A stretch of 64,000 nucleotides of DNA from an uncultured Acidobacteriota bacterium (GTDB lineage Bacteria; Acidobacteriota; Thermoanaerobaculia; UBA5066; Gp7-AA6): contig CAWAKL010000005.1 of the NCBI GenBank assembly GCA_963782585.1, positions 26,614 to 90,613 of the forward strand, read 5' to 3'. The position numbers and the translations under genes were made by a program. Positions within the stretch are counted from its first letter, which is position 1; each line of letters begins with the position of its first letter. This document shows positions 40,722 to 51,008 of this stretch, one piece after another. Under the pieces are notes generated by a model. It had not been told where the DNA came from. It saw nothing but the letters and a program-made list of their open reading frames with translations, and ran no database searches.

Positions 40722-40753
40722 AACGGCGTCGTCGACGACGCCAGGGAGAACCG

Positions 40754-41299
40754 ATGAGGACCTGGATTGGAGCCGTGCTTCTTTCGGCGGCCGCCGTGAT
40801 GACCGCGCAATCCGCCGCGCCGAAGCCCGAGATCAAGACCGTGCCGCCGCGCCCCGAGGACGTCGGGACGATCGACGGCATGATCAAGGCCTTCTACGAG
40901 GTCGTGTCGGGGCCGAAGGGCCAGCCCCGCGACTGGGCGCGCGACCGCACGCTGTACATCAAGGACGTCCGTTTCGTGCCGATCGACGTCGAGAAGGACG
41001 GGAAGATCACGCCGAAGATCGTGGATCACCAGACGTTCACCGAGAACGCCGCCTCGCTCGAGAAGGAGGGGTTCTTCGAGTACGAGATCCACCGGGTCAC
41101 CGAGCGCTTCGGGCCGATCGCCCACGTCTGGAGCACGTACGAAGGCAAGCGGACCCTGGACGGCCCCGTCTTCATGCGCGGCATCAATTCGATCGAGCTC
41201 TTCTGGGACGGGAAGCGCTGGTGGATCGCGAACGCCATCTGGACCGACGAGACCGCCGAGAACCCGATCCCGAAGCAGTACCTGCCAGCGCCGAAGTAG
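40754..41299 (+). CDS. Secreted hypothetical protein, NTF2/SnoaL-like fold probable
   Basis: Signal peptide; FYEVVSGP, FGPIAHVWSTY, RGINSIEL, WWI. Confidence 0.7.
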   Translation: MRTWIGAVLLSAAAVMTAQSAAPKPEIKTVPPRPEDVGTIDGMIKAFYEVVSGPKGQPRDWARDRTLYIKDVRFVPIDVEKDGKITPKIVDHQTFTENAASLEKEGFFEYEIHRVTERFGPIAHVWSTYEGKRTLDGPVFMRGINSIELFWDGKRWWIANAIWTDETAENPIPKQYLPAPK

Positions 41300-42151
41300 C
41301 TACCGCGGCTCCGCCACGATGACCGCGTGGTACGAGGAGCCGGCCTCGCGCGCGAGCATCCGCTCCTCCTGCGCGAGCAGCGACTCGACGGCCGCGTCGA
41401 AGAGCGCCGGCGCCGGCCCTCCGGGCTGGTCGGGCCGAAGCAGGCTCGGATAGATCGGCGCGAGGAGGTTCCCGCCGTAGTCGCGGCGGGCGATCACGCG
41501 AAAGTGCCGCTCCACGGCCGGCAGGATCCCCGAGGACTCGATCGCTTCGGTCGGATCCTCGCGGTTGATCGGCCGGCGGATCACCCGCGTCCGCCGCACG
41601 GCCTTCGGAAGCCGCCGATACAGGCGGTTCCAGCGAAGCAGGTGCCGCCACGTCCACTCGCCGCGGGCCGGGCCGACGTATTCGTCGAGGTAGAGCAGAC
41701 CCCGCGGCGAGAGCGCCGAACGTACGAGGCCGAGAAACTCGGGCAGGCGGTCGAAGTGATGGAGCGAGGAGTGGAAGAGCACGGCGTCGAGGCCGCGGAC
41801 GCCTTCGAGAAACGACCAGGCGTCGGCGGCGGCGTACGCAATGCGATCGGAGAATCCCGCCTCCGCGGCGGCGTGGCGCGCGCGGCGAACGGCCTCGAGA
41901 CTCGCGTCGATCCCGGTCACACGCTCGACGAGCCCGAGCTCCACGAGCGACCGCTCGAGATGGCCGACGCCGCATCCGATCGAGACGGCCCGGCGGATGG
42001 GAAGCCGGTCGGGGACGACGCGGGAGAGAAACGCGATCGGCCACTGCGCGGGGTCGCCGGTCACGAGGCCGTTGATCCGGGCCCGCACCGCCGGATGGTT
42101 CTGCCAGAGCTCGTCCCAGCCGTGCCTCTCGAGATCCGACCAGTAGGACAT
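41300..42151 (-). CDS. Class I SAM-dependent methyltransferase
   Basis: VSIGCGVG motif I, GIDAS, DAVLFHSSLHH, LYLDEYVGP. Confidence 0.8.
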   Translation of the reverse strand: MSYWSDLERHGWDELWQNHPAVRARINGLVTGDPAQWPIAFLSRVVPDRLPIRRAVSIGCGVGHLERSLVELGLVERVTGIDASLEAVRRARHAAAEAGFSDRIAYAAADAWSFLEGVRGLDAVLFHSSLHHFDRLPEFLGLVRSALSPRGLLYLDEYVGPARGEWTWRHLLRWNRLYRRLPKAVRRTRVIRRPINREDPTEAIESSGILPAVERHFRVIARRDYGGNLLAPIYPSLLRPDQPGGPAPALFDAAVESLLAQEERMLAREAGSSYHAVIVAEPR

Positions 42152-42182
42152 GGGCGGCGAGGCCACCGGCGAGTCGCCGGCC

Positions 42183-43352
42183 CTATGAGCCGCCGGCCGG
42201 CGTTCCCGGAAGCAGGCCTTCCACCTGGATCGTCCGGGGCCCCTTCGCGTCGCAGACCGCGTAGCGGACGCGCCGCCCGGTCTCGCCGGCCCAGCCCTTC
42301 TCGTCGTCCTCGAGGGCGTACATCGCGACACCCGCGAACTCGCCCTTCGCGTTCAGGGCGTAGAAGTTGATGTTGAAGCTGGGATTGCCGGCGGGATTGA
42401 GCAGGCGCTTCTCGATCGTGTTCGACTTGATGCGCTTCAAGGCCTCCATGCCGGCGTCCTTGGGATGCATGCCGCGGCGCATGTTCTCGACGATCAGGTA
42501 CGAGGAGAGGTTGAACAGGTTGGCTTCTCCCCGTCCCGTCGAGCCCGCCGCGCCGACCTGCCCGTCGACGTAGAGCCCGGCGCCGAGGATGGGCGAGTCG
42601 CCGACCCGGCCCGGGATCTTGAAGAAGAGCCCCGAGGTCGTGGTCACGCCGCAGATCTCGCCCTTCGCATTGATCCCGTCGCAGTTGATCGTGCCCCACA
42701 TCTTCGAGGCCGGGAAGAGCCCCTCGGCCGCCATCTGGCGCCTCGCCTCCGAGGAGGCGATCTCGCGCTCCTTCGGCGTCAGGTAGTGGCGCGGGTCCGT
42801 CCGCTGTTTCCACTCGAGCCAGAGCTTGCGCGAGAGCGGCGTGTTGAGGTCGTCCTCGATCGTGAACCCCATGTTGCGCGCGAAATTCTGCGCCCCCTTC
42901 CCGACGAGGAGGTGGTGGTCGGTCTGGTTCATGACCTCGCGCGCGACGCGGGATGGCGTCTTCACGCCCTCGAGCGAGGCCACGCCGCCGGCGCGCTTGA
43001 GCGGACCATGCATGCACGAGGAGTCGAGCTGGACGACGCCGTCGGCGTTGGGCGCGCCGCCGTAGCCGACCGTGTAGTCCTCGGGGTCGAGCTCGACGAT
43101 GTTCACGCCCTCGATGAGGGCGTCCAGCACGTCGGAGCCGGCCATCATCGACATCCAGGCCTTCTCGACGCAGGTCTGCGTTCCACCGTTCTTGAACCAG
43201 TTTCCGTTGGAGGAGGCGATGACGACGGGTGAGGCCGTCCCGCTCGGAACCACCGCCGGCGCCTTGCCGAAGGCTCCTCGCGGAGCCGCCGCCACCACAC
43301 CCGCCACCGTGCCCGCCCGGACGAAGTCCCGCCGCGTGATCCGTCGCCGCAT
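42183..43352 (-). CDS. N(4)-(beta-N-acetylglucosaminyl)-L-asparaginase (glycosylasparaginase family), Tat-exported
   Basis: Tat signal TRRDFV, VGYGGAPN, LDSSCMHG, nucleophile WGTINC, TTTSG, GRVGDSPILGAG, STGRGE. Confidence 0.9.
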   Translation of the reverse strand: MRRRITRRDFVRAGTVAGVVAAAPRGAFGKAPAVVPSGTASPVVIASSNGNWFKNGGTQTCVEKAWMSMMAGSDVLDALIEGVNIVELDPEDYTVGYGGAPNADGVVQLDSSCMHGPLKRAGGVASLEGVKTPSRVAREVMNQTDHHLLVGKGAQNFARNMGFTIEDDLNTPLSRKLWLEWKQRTDPRHYLTPKEREIASSEARRQMAAEGLFPASKMWGTINCDGINAKGEICGVTTTSGLFFKIPGRVGDSPILGAGLYVDGQVGAAGSTGRGEANLFNLSSYLIVENMRRGMHPKDAGMEALKRIKSNTIEKRLLNPAGNPSFNINFYALNAKGEFAGVAMYALEDDEKGWAGETGRRVRYAVCDAKGPRTIQVEGLLPGTPAGGS

Positions 43353-43453
43353 GTCGCCTCCTCCCGTCCGTGTCGCTCCGCCGAGTCTACCCCGCGCCCG
43401 GCCCGACTCTTGCCGCGGCGCCGCCGAGCGGCTAACCTCGTGGGCCAATCCGG

Positions 43454-44575
43454 ATGAAGCCGATGGACTACGAGGGCCACGTACTGGCCGAGCCGGTGAC
43501 GACGCTTCCGGGCGAGTACTACGTCTCGCCGGAGGTCTTCGCGCGCGAGGCCCGGACGATCTTTTCGCAGCGGTGGCTCTGCGCGGGCCGCTCGGACGCC
43601 CTGCCGGCCGCGGGAGACTACGCGCTCTTCGACGCGGCCGGCGAGAGCCTCATCCTCGTCCGCGGCAAGGACGGGAAGCTCCGGGCCTTCTTCAACGTCT
43701 GCCGCCATCGCGGCACGCGTCTCTGCGAGAACGGGAGCGGCCATTTCGCGGGCGGGATTCAGTGCCCGTATCACGCCTGGACCTACGGGCTCGACGGCGC
43801 GCTGCTCGGGGCCCCCCACATGAACGACGTCCCCTGGTTCGACAAGGCCGACCACCCGCTCGTTCCGGCGACGGTCGCCGAGTGGGAGGGTTTCGTCTTC
43901 CTCAGCCTCGCCGAGCGTCCGCGTCCGCTCGAGGACGTCCTCCGGCCCCTCCTCGGCCGCTTCGCGCCGTGGCGCCTGAGCTCGCTCGTCTCCGCGCGGC
44001 GCATCGTCTACGACGTCCGCGCCAACTGGAAGCTCATCTTCCAGAACTTCTCGGAGTGCTACCACTGTCCCCCCGTCCACCCGGCGCTCGCCAAGCTCTC
44101 GCACTACCGCAGCGGCGCCAACAATCTCCGCGAGGGCGGAATCCTGGGCGGGTACATGCTCATCAACGAGAAGGGCGGCAGCCTCACGATGAGCGGCCGC
44201 CTCTGCGGCGCCCCCTTCGCCGACCTCCCCGACGAGGAGCGGCAGCGCGTCTACTACTACTCGGTCTTCCCGTCCTTTTTCCTGACGGCGCAGCCCGACT
44301 TCGTCATGGTCACGCGCCTCGTCCCCCGCGCGGTGGACCGGACCGAGGTCGTCTGCGAATGGCTCTTTGCCCCCGAGGAGGCGCGCGCGCCGGGCTTCGA
44401 CCCTTCGGACGGCGTCGAGATCTGGGACATCACGAACCGGCAGGACTGGCACATGTGCGAGCTCGCCCAGCAGGGCGTCTCCTCGCGCGCGTACCGGCCG
44501 GGGCCCTACTCGAAAGACGAGAGCCTGCTCGCCGCATTCGACCGGGAGTACCTCCGAAGCTTGTCCGGATCCTAG
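43454..44575 (+). CDS. Rieske non-heme iron oxygenase alpha subunit (choline monooxygenase/GbcA-like)
   Basis: Rieske CRHRG...CPYH; mononuclear iron NWK...ENF-like FSECYHCPPVH; QDWHMCE..Q.G. Confidence 0.92.
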   Translation: MKPMDYEGHVLAEPVTTLPGEYYVSPEVFAREARTIFSQRWLCAGRSDALPAAGDYALFDAAGESLILVRGKDGKLRAFFNVCRHRGTRLCENGSGHFAGGIQCPYHAWTYGLDGALLGAPHMNDVPWFDKADHPLVPATVAEWEGFVFLSLAERPRPLEDVLRPLLGRFAPWRLSSLVSARRIVYDVRANWKLIFQNFSECYHCPPVHPALAKLSHYRSGANNLREGGILGGYMLINEKGGSLTMSGRLCGAPFADLPDEERQRVYYYSVFPSFFLTAQPDFVMVTRLVPRAVDRTEVVCEWLFAPEEARAPGFDPSDGVEIWDITNRQDWHMCELAQQGVSSRAYRPGPYSKDESLLAAFDREYLRSLSGS

Positions 44576-44585
44576 GCCGCTCGAC

Positions 44586-45863
44586 ATGCGGCGATCCCTG
44601 ACGCTCCAGGTCGTCGTCGCGCTCGCGGCCGGACTCGCGCTCGGAACCGCCGCGTCCTTCTCGGCGAACCCGCGGTGGACGCGGCTCGCGGGAGCGCTCG
44701 AGCCCGTGGGCACGCTGTGGGTGAATGCGATCCTGATGACCGTCCTGCCCCTGGTGGTCTCGGGCCTGGTCGTCGCGATCGTGACGGCCGCCCGCACGGG
44801 ACTCGTGGGACGGCTCGGAGGCCGCGCGGCTGCCCTGTTCCTTCTCCTGCTCGTGCTCGCGACCGCATCCGCGGCCCTCGTCGTCCCGCCGCTCGCGGCC
44901 GCGCTTCCGGTGAGCGAAGAAGTCGCGACCCGGTTTCGCGAGAGCCTGGCGGCGGCGCCTCCGACCCCGGCTCCGAAGCTGACGGCCGCCGACTGGATTG
45001 CGAACCTCCTCCCGGCGAACGTCTTCCGCGCCGCGGCCGACGGGGCGATGCTCTCTCTCGTCCTGTTCGCGATCCTCTTCGCCGCGGCCGTCAGCCGGGT
45101 CTCCGAGCGCGCGCGGGAGACGCTGCTCTCCTTTTTCCGCGGCGTCTCCGAAGCGATGGCTGTCCTCCTTTCCGGAATCGTGCGCCTCGCCCCCGTCGCG
45201 ATCTTCGCGCTCTCGCTCGCGCTCGCGGCGCGCGTCGGCCTCTCGGCCACCGGGGCGCTCGGGGTCTACGTCCTCGCGCTCTCGGGCCTGTGCCTGGCGC
45301 TGACGCTCGGACTGATGCTCGTGCCCTGGCTCCTCGCGCGCGTCTCCCCCGTCCTCTTCGCCCGCGCCGCCGCGCCGGCCCAGCTCGTGGCCTTCGCCGC
45401 CCACTCGTCGCTGGCCTCGCTGCCGGCGATGCTCGACGGCGCGGAGCGAATTCTCGGCATTCCGAAGCCGGTGTCCCGTTTCGCTCTGCCGCTCGCCGTG
45501 TCGACGCTCAAGGTGTCGGCGCCCGTGCACTGCCTCGTCGCGGCCTTCTTCGTGGCCCGTCTGACGGGGACCGCGATCCCGCCGGGCGAGCTCCTCGCGC
45601 TGAGCCTCCTCTCGCTGGCCGTGAGCTTCAGCGTTCCCGGCGTGCCCCACGGAGCGATCCTCGTCACCGCCCCGGTCCTTGCGGCCGCCGGCCTGCCGAC
45701 TTCGGCGGTCGCCCTCCTGCTCGCGGTCGACGCCGTGCCTAACGCGTTCCGCAGCGCCGCCAACTCGACGGGCAACCTCGTCGTCGCCGCGATCCTCGGG
45801 CGCCGCGTGCCGCAGGAGGCGGCGGAGGCGAATTCGGAACCCGCCCTCGAGGCTCCTGGCTAG
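44586..45863 (+). CDS. Dicarboxylate/amino acid:cation symporter (DAACS)
   Basis: LPANVFRA, MLSLVLFAILF, AHSSLASLP, LPLAVSTL, GVP, RSAANSTGN. Confidence 0.9.
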   Translation: MRRSLTLQVVVALAAGLALGTAASFSANPRWTRLAGALEPVGTLWVNAILMTVLPLVVSGLVVAIVTAARTGLVGRLGGRAAALFLLLLVLATASAALVVPPLAAALPVSEEVATRFRESLAAAPPTPAPKLTAADWIANLLPANVFRAAADGAMLSLVLFAILFAAAVSRVSERARETLLSFFRGVSEAMAVLLSGIVRLAPVAIFALSLALAARVGLSATGALGVYVLALSGLCLALTLGLMLVPWLLARVSPVLFARAAAPAQLVAFAAHSSLASLPAMLDGAERILGIPKPVSRFALPLAVSTLKVSAPVHCLVAAFFVARLTGTAIPPGELLALSLLSLAVSFSVPGVPHGAILVTAPVLAAAGLPTSAVALLLAVDAVPNAFRSAANSTGNLVVAAILGRRVPQEAAEANSEPALEAPG

Positions 45864-46663
45864 ATCGTCTCTTCCGTGACGATTCCGCGGGCCGCGGCCC
45901 GGATGCCTTCGGCGACGCCTAGCGGTCCGGCCACGACGTTGCCCCGTTCGAGGTAACGCTTTCCGCCGTCGAAGTCCGTCAGAACGCCGCCGGCCTCCTC
46001 GATCAGGAGCGCCCCGGCGGCGACGTCCCAGGGCGCGAGGCGGAATTCGAAGAACCCGTCGAACACGCCGGCCGCGACGTAGGCGAGATCCAGCGCCGCT
46101 GAGCCGGCCCGGCGGATCGCGCGCGCGTGAACGAAGACCGCCTTGAAGAGAGCGAGGTACGAGTCGATCTTGTGGCGGTTGCGGAACGGAAACCCCGTCG
46201 CGACGAACGCTCCCTCGAGACCCGGCCGGCCGGTCACGGAGATCCGTGTGCCGTTGCGCCAGGCGCCGCCGCCGCGCTCGGCGGTGTACATCTCGTCGCG
46301 GAGCGGATCCCAGATGACGGCCGCGACCAGCTCCTCGCCCTCACGGGCGGCGATCGAAACGCACCAGAACGGGAAGCCCGAGACGAAGTTGGACGTGCCG
46401 TCGAGGGGGTCGATGATCCAGACGCGCGCGCCGGCCCCGGAGCCGTCGAGCGCGCCGCCCTCCTCGGCGAGGAAGGCGTCGCCCGGGAATTTGCCGCGCA
46501 GCACGCCGATGATGCGCTCCTCGCTCTCCCGGTCGGCCAGCGTGACGAAGTCGTTCTTCTTCTTTTCCTCGACCGAGCCGTGAGGCAGGTTGCGCCAGTT
46601 GGCGGAGAGCACGCGTCCCCCGGCCACGGCGGCGTCGACGGCGACATCGAGCAGTCCGCTCAC
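45860..46663 (-). CDS. suhB: Inositol monophosphatase family protein
   Basis: DFVTLADRESE, AEE, WIIDPLDGTSNF, RRAGSAALDLAYVAAG, PWDVAAG. Confidence 0.92.
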   Translation of the reverse strand: MSGLLDVAVDAAVAGGRVLSANWRNLPHGSVEEKKKNDFVTLADRESEERIIGVLRGKFPGDAFLAEEGGALDGSGAGARVWIIDPLDGTSNFVSGFPFWCVSIAAREGEELVAAVIWDPLRDEMYTAERGGGAWRNGTRISVTGRPGLEGAFVATGFPFRNRHKIDSYLALFKAVFVHARAIRRAGSAALDLAYVAAGVFDGFFEFRLAPWDVAAGALLIEEAGGVLTDFDGGKRYLERGNVVAGPLGVAEGIRAAARGIVTEETI

Positions 46664-48711
46664 GGTGTCGCATTGTCCATCGTTCGGAATCCCTCCAGCG
46701 CGGCCTTCTCGGCGGCGCCCGTCGTCGCGTCGAACGGCGGCCAGTAGACGCCGCGCCAGCCGGCATCGCCGGACAGGGCGCGGTACAGCGCGGCGATCGC
46801 CCGGGGGGATTCGTAGGAGGCCCGCGTGAGGATGACGGGCTTTCCGAACCGCTTCCCGAGCGCCGTGAGAGGCCGTGCGGCGGCGCCCGCGGCCTCGACG
46901 AGGGCCTGCTCCGACGCGTCCTTGCGCGCCGGCGGCTCGGCCAGCTCGACGCCGAGGGCGTCGAGCGCGTCCCAGAACGGCACATCGGCCGCCCCGGCCG
47001 CCGCGGCCACGGCGTAGGTCAGCGGGGCGCCCGTGGCCAGGCGGACGGCGGCGATCGCGTGCTTCCACTCGTTCTTCTCGAGCTCGCTCGAAGTCAGGCC
47101 CGCGCCGACGACGAACAGATCCGCGCCCCCGGCCTCGGCCACGACGGCCTCGTGCACGATGAAGCGCCGATACGCCGAGAACCACTCCGCCCACGCGGCC
47201 TCGCCGGTCCGCACGATCTGCCCGGCGGGCACGGCACCGCCCACGAGCAGCTCCGGCGCCATCGCCACCGTCAGGCCGGCGGCGTGGGCGTCGCCGAGAG
47301 CGCGGAAGAGGCCTTCGTCGGTCTCGCCGCGCGCGCCGCGCCGGACGAACAGGATCTCGCTCGACTCCGGATCGCGCATCAGCGCCCCGGGCCGCAGCGC
47401 GATCGAGCCGAACCCGGCCGCCGCCAGTCGGGCGAGCGCCTCGCGCGACCGCGCGGAAACGAAGGAATCCTCGAGGGCTTCCGGGGCCGGATACGTCACG
47501 CCGCGCAGGAACTTCTCCGCGAGCGCGCGGCGCGCGGGCGGCTTCACGGGCTGGCGTTCCGCCGCCGCACGCCACTTCGCGAGCAGCGGAGCGAGCGCCT
47601 TGTCCGGCTGGGCGAGTGCCTTCGCCACGGCGGCCTCGCTCTCGAGCCGCGCTCCGGCGTCGAGCCAGGACGCCACCGTGCCGGTGTCGAGCACGGGTGA
47701 GAGCGATTCCTCGGACGCGAGCACGTCGGCGATCGCGGGCACGACCCCGGCCGCGCGCGCGAAGGCGGCGAACGACTTGACGTCCCGCCCCCACCAGCCG
47801 CCGGCGCGCCGCGCGCCCTCGGCCGCGAGCAGAAACGGCCGCTTCAGCAGCGCGGGGTTGCCCGTGGCGAGCCCGCCGGCGGCCAGCACCGGCGTGATCA
47901 GGTCGGGCTCGGCCGGCGCCGAGGCATCGAGGTCCACCCGCAGCGCGCCGGCCTCGCCGGCGAGGTCCGCCGGGCGCGCGGACCCGGTCAGGATCGCCTT
48001 GGTAACGGTGTCCGGATAGACCCGGACCGTCAGCCGGGCCTTCCCCTTCGGCACAAAGCGTCCCGCCGTCTTCTCCCACTTCGCCGCGGCGGCCTCGGCG
48101 CCTGCGGGATACTCCCAGACGACCGAACCGCGCGTGCGACGTTTGAGAGAGGCGAGGAACGCGTCCCGCAGCGCGATGCGGTCGCGGTCGGTCGCGGGGT
48201 CGACGAAGAGCCGACCCTCGCGCCGCTCGAACTTTCCGTCGCGTGAGACTTCGCCCGAGAGGATCTCGTAGTCCGTCGACCCGGGCGACGCGAGCCAGCG
48301 CCCGGCGAGGGCGAGAACCGCGGCCGACGAGTTGCCCAGCACGATGATCTCCCCGCGCGTCGACGTCGTCAGACGGACCGCCTCGTCCGCGCCGCGGTAC
48401 GGACGGCCGTCGAACGCGAATCCCTCCGGGTCGGCCTGGAGCGGAAAGACGAGAACCGCATCCCGCACGACCGGCGACGGCGGCAGCGTCGAGAGCCGCA
48501 GCAGAACGAAACCCGGCTCGACCGCGCTCCCCGGCGACTCGATCCGGACCTCGATGCCCCGCGCACGCGCTCCCGACGCGAGCTCTTCCACCGCGGTCGC
48601 GGCAAAGTCCGGCGAGGCCTGGATCACGACCCGGCGCGCCGGAGCGCCGACCGCGGCCGCCGCCGCGGTGAGGACGAGGACGGCGGTCAGGAACCTTTCG
48701 ACGGGGCGCAC
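46660..48711 (-). CDS. Secreted multidomain protein with a C-terminal GH113/GTA-TIM-barrel-like domain lacking catalytic Glu
   Basis: Signal peptide. C-terminal FLRGV, EAWAEWFSAYRRFIVHEA, ADLFVVGAGL, PLTYA, VPFWDALDALGV and GKPVILT follow the GH113 pattern. Confidence 0.65.
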   Translation of the reverse strand: MRPVERFLTAVLVLTAAAAAVGAPARRVVIQASPDFAATAVEELASGARARGIEVRIESPGSAVEPGFVLLRLSTLPPSPVVRDAVLVFPLQADPEGFAFDGRPYRGADEAVRLTTSTRGEIIVLGNSSAAVLALAGRWLASPGSTDYEILSGEVSRDGKFERREGRLFVDPATDRDRIALRDAFLASLKRRTRGSVVWEYPAGAEAAAAKWEKTAGRFVPKGKARLTVRVYPDTVTKAILTGSARPADLAGEAGALRVDLDASAPAEPDLITPVLAAGGLATGNPALLKRPFLLAAEGARRAGGWWGRDVKSFAAFARAAGVVPAIADVLASEESLSPVLDTGTVASWLDAGARLESEAAVAKALAQPDKALAPLLAKWRAAAERQPVKPPARRALAEKFLRGVTYPAPEALEDSFVSARSREALARLAAAGFGSIALRPGALMRDPESSEILFVRRGARGETDEGLFRALGDAHAAGLTVAMAPELLVGGAVPAGQIVRTGEAAWAEWFSAYRRFIVHEAVVAEAGGADLFVVGAGLTSSELEKNEWKHAIAAVRLATGAPLTYAVAAAAGAADVPFWDALDALGVELAEPPARKDASEQALVEAAGAAARPLTALGKRFGKPVILTRASYESPRAIAALYRALSGDAGWRGVYWPPFDATTGAAEKAALEGFRTMDNATP

Positions 48712-48749
48712 GACAGAAGTTGAACGTTAGGCGGCGGGAGGTTCGACTC

Positions 48750-50042
48750 TCAGATCTCCACCCTCTGCCAGACCACGGCGCCGGCGACGATGGTCGCGGC
48801 CGGGGCGCCGACGATCTCCCAGCCGGCGAACGGGGTGCTCCGCCCCTTCGAGACGAACTTGTGCGGGTCGACTTTCCAGCGCGCCTCGAGGTCGAACAGG
48901 GTCACGTCGGCCGGAGAGCCCGGAGCCAGAGTCCCGCCGGGAAGACCGAACGCGCGGGCCGGGCCGGCCGAGAAGAGGGAGACGAAACGCTCGAGCGGAA
49001 GGCGGCCGCGCGCCACGAGACGGTCGTGGATCACCGAGGCCGCCGTCTCGAGGCCGACGATCCCGAACGGCGCCGAGTCGAAGTCCACGGCCTTTTCGTC
49101 GGCGTGGTGCGGGGCATGATCGGTCGCGATCGCATCGATCGTCCCGTCGGTGAGGCCGGCGAGGAGCGCGGCGAGGTCCGACGCCTCCCGCAGGGGCGGG
49201 TTCATCTTCGTTCGCGTCGAGAAGCCCGAGGAGCCGACCTCCTCGTCGGTCAACAGGAGATGGTGGGGCGTGACCTCGCAGGTCACGGCGAGGCCGTCCG
49301 CCTTCGCCCGCCGGACGAGCTCGAGGGATCGCGCCGCCGAGAGATGGGCCACGTGGAGGCGTCCGCCCGCGAGCCCGGCGATGAGGAGGTCCCGCGCGAG
49401 GGCGGCGGCCTCGGCGATGGCCGGCTGGCCCGAGAGACCGAGGCGCGCGGACACCGCGCCCTCGTGCATTGGCGCGCCCTCGGAGAGGCTCGGGTCCTCG
49501 CAGTGTTGAATGATGGGCTTGCCGGAGAGGCGGGCGTGCTCGAACGCGTGCCGGAGGAGCGAGCCGTCCGCCAGCCACTTACCGTCGTCCGAGAATGCGA
49601 CTGCTCCCGCCTCGGCGAGCTCGCCGAAGGCGGTCATCTCCTCGCCCTTCTGTCCCTTCGAGATGGCCGCAATGGGATGAAGCCGGGGACCGCCCGCGGC
49701 CGCTCCCCGGGAGCGGATGAACTCGCACACCTCGCGGGTGTCGTTGACCGGGGACGTGTTGGGCATCGCGCAGACCGCGGTGAAACCGCCCGCCGCCGCG
49801 GCGGCCAGCCCGCTCGCGATGGTCTCCGCGTACTCCCGCCCCGGTTCGCGCAGGTGAGCGTGGAGGTCGATGAAGCCCGGAAAGACGCAGAGCCGCGAAG
49901 CGTCGAAGATGCGGGCGTTCCCGGCCTCGAGCCGGTCTCCGACCTCGGCGACCAGGCCGTCCTCCAGGAGCACGTCGAAGCGGCCGTCCCGGCCGGCCGC
50001 CGGGTCCACGAGCCGTCCGCCGCGCAGGAGAAGGCGGCTCAC
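48750..50042 (-). CDS. pyrC: Dihydroorotase
   Basis: [58 protein letters not shown]. Confidence 0.95.
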   Translation of the reverse strand: MSRLLLRGGRLVDPAAGRDGRFDVLLEDGLVAEVGDRLEAGNARIFDASRLCVFPGFIDLHAHLREPGREYAETIASGLAAAAAGGFTAVCAMPNTSPVNDTREVCEFIRSRGAAAGGPRLHPIAAISKGQKGEEMTAFGELAEAGAVAFSDDGKWLADGSLLRHAFEHARLSGKPIIQHCEDPSLSEGAPMHEGAVSARLGLSGQPAIAEAAALARDLLIAGLAGGRLHVAHLSAARSLELVRRAKADGLAVTCEVTPHHLLLTDEEVGSSGFSTRTKMNPPLREASDLAALLAGLTDGTIDAIATDHAPHHADEKAVDFDSAPFGIVGLETAASVIHDRLVARGRLPLERFVSLFSAGPARAFGLPGGTLAPGSPADVTLFDLEARWKVDPHKFVSKGRSTPFAGWEIVGAPAATIVAGAVVWQRVEI

Positions 50043-51008
50043 GCTTCGCCCTCCCACGGGTGGCCCCCGAGGAGCAGGTACAGCACCGCCATCCGGACCG
50101 CCACGCCGTTGGAGACCTGCTCGAGGATGACCGAGCGGTCGGAATCGGCGATGTCCGACGCGATCTCGACGCCCCGGTTCATGGGCCCGGGGTGCATGAC
50201 GATCGCGCCCGGCTTTGCCTTCGCGAGGCGCTTCGACGTCGAGACCGTAGAGGCGGAAGTACTCGCGAATCGACGGGAAGAGGGACTTGCCCTGGCGCTC
50301 GAGCTGCATGCGCAGCATCATCACGACGTCGGCCCCCTCGAGAGCGGTGTCGAAGTCCGTCGTGACTTCGACCCCCATCGCGGCGATCCGCTCCGGCAGG
50401 AGCGTCGGCGGCCCGCAGACCACGACCTTCGCCCCCATTTTCTTCAGCAGCCAGATGTTGGAACGCACGACGCGAGAGTGCGCGATGTCGCCGCAGATCG
50501 CGACGCGCAGGCCTTCGAGCCGCTCGAGGCGCTGGCGAATGGTCAGGGCGTCGAGGAGGGCCTGCGTCGGGTGCTCGTGGGCGCCGTCGCCGGCATTGAC
50601 GACGCCGGCCTTGAGGTGACGGGCGAGGAAGTGCGGCACGCCCGGAGAGCTGTGGCGGATGACGATCAGATCCGGCGACATCGCCTGGAGATTTCTCGCG
50701 GTGTCCAGCAGCGACTCGCCCTTTTCGACCGCGCTCCCCTTGGCCGCGAAGTTGAGCGAGTCGGCCGAGAGCCACTTCTCGGCGGTCTCGAACGAGAAGC
50801 GCGTCCGCGTCGAAGCCTCGAAGAAGAGATTGATCACCATCCGGCCGCGCAGGGCCGGGACCTTCTTGATCGCCCGCTGGCCGATCGAGCGCATGGACTC
50901 CGCGGTGTCGAGGAGAAGCGTGATCTCGTCGGGCGTCAGAGACTCGATCCCGAGCAGGTCCTTGGAGCGCAGGCTCGTGGCCGTCAGGCGGGCCTCTCGA
51001 GGATCCAC
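50039..51008 (-). CDS. pyrB: Aspartate carbamoyltransferase catalytic subunit (frameshift ~50234; start uncertain)
   Basis: [43 protein letters not shown]. After correction: [14 protein letters not shown]. Confidence 0.93.

Noticed and set aside
40725-40742. Perfect 18-bp palindrome GGCGTCGTCGACGACGCC in a short intergenic gap
   Set aside because: It is built from GTC/GAC triplets that are very frequent here. About one such palindrome is plausible by chance in 64 kb, and there is no second copy or regulator.
48736-48751. GGTTCGACT resembling a tRNA T-loop
   Set aside because: No acceptor, D or anticodon arms; the stem geometry does not fit a T-arm.
48750-51008. 752-aa ORF suggesting a PyrB-PyrC fusion
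   Set aside because: Removing one base near 50234 restores the PyrB C-terminus ([24 protein letters not shown]) with its own stop at 50039, overlapping the pyrC GTG. The bridge is out-of-frame sequence.
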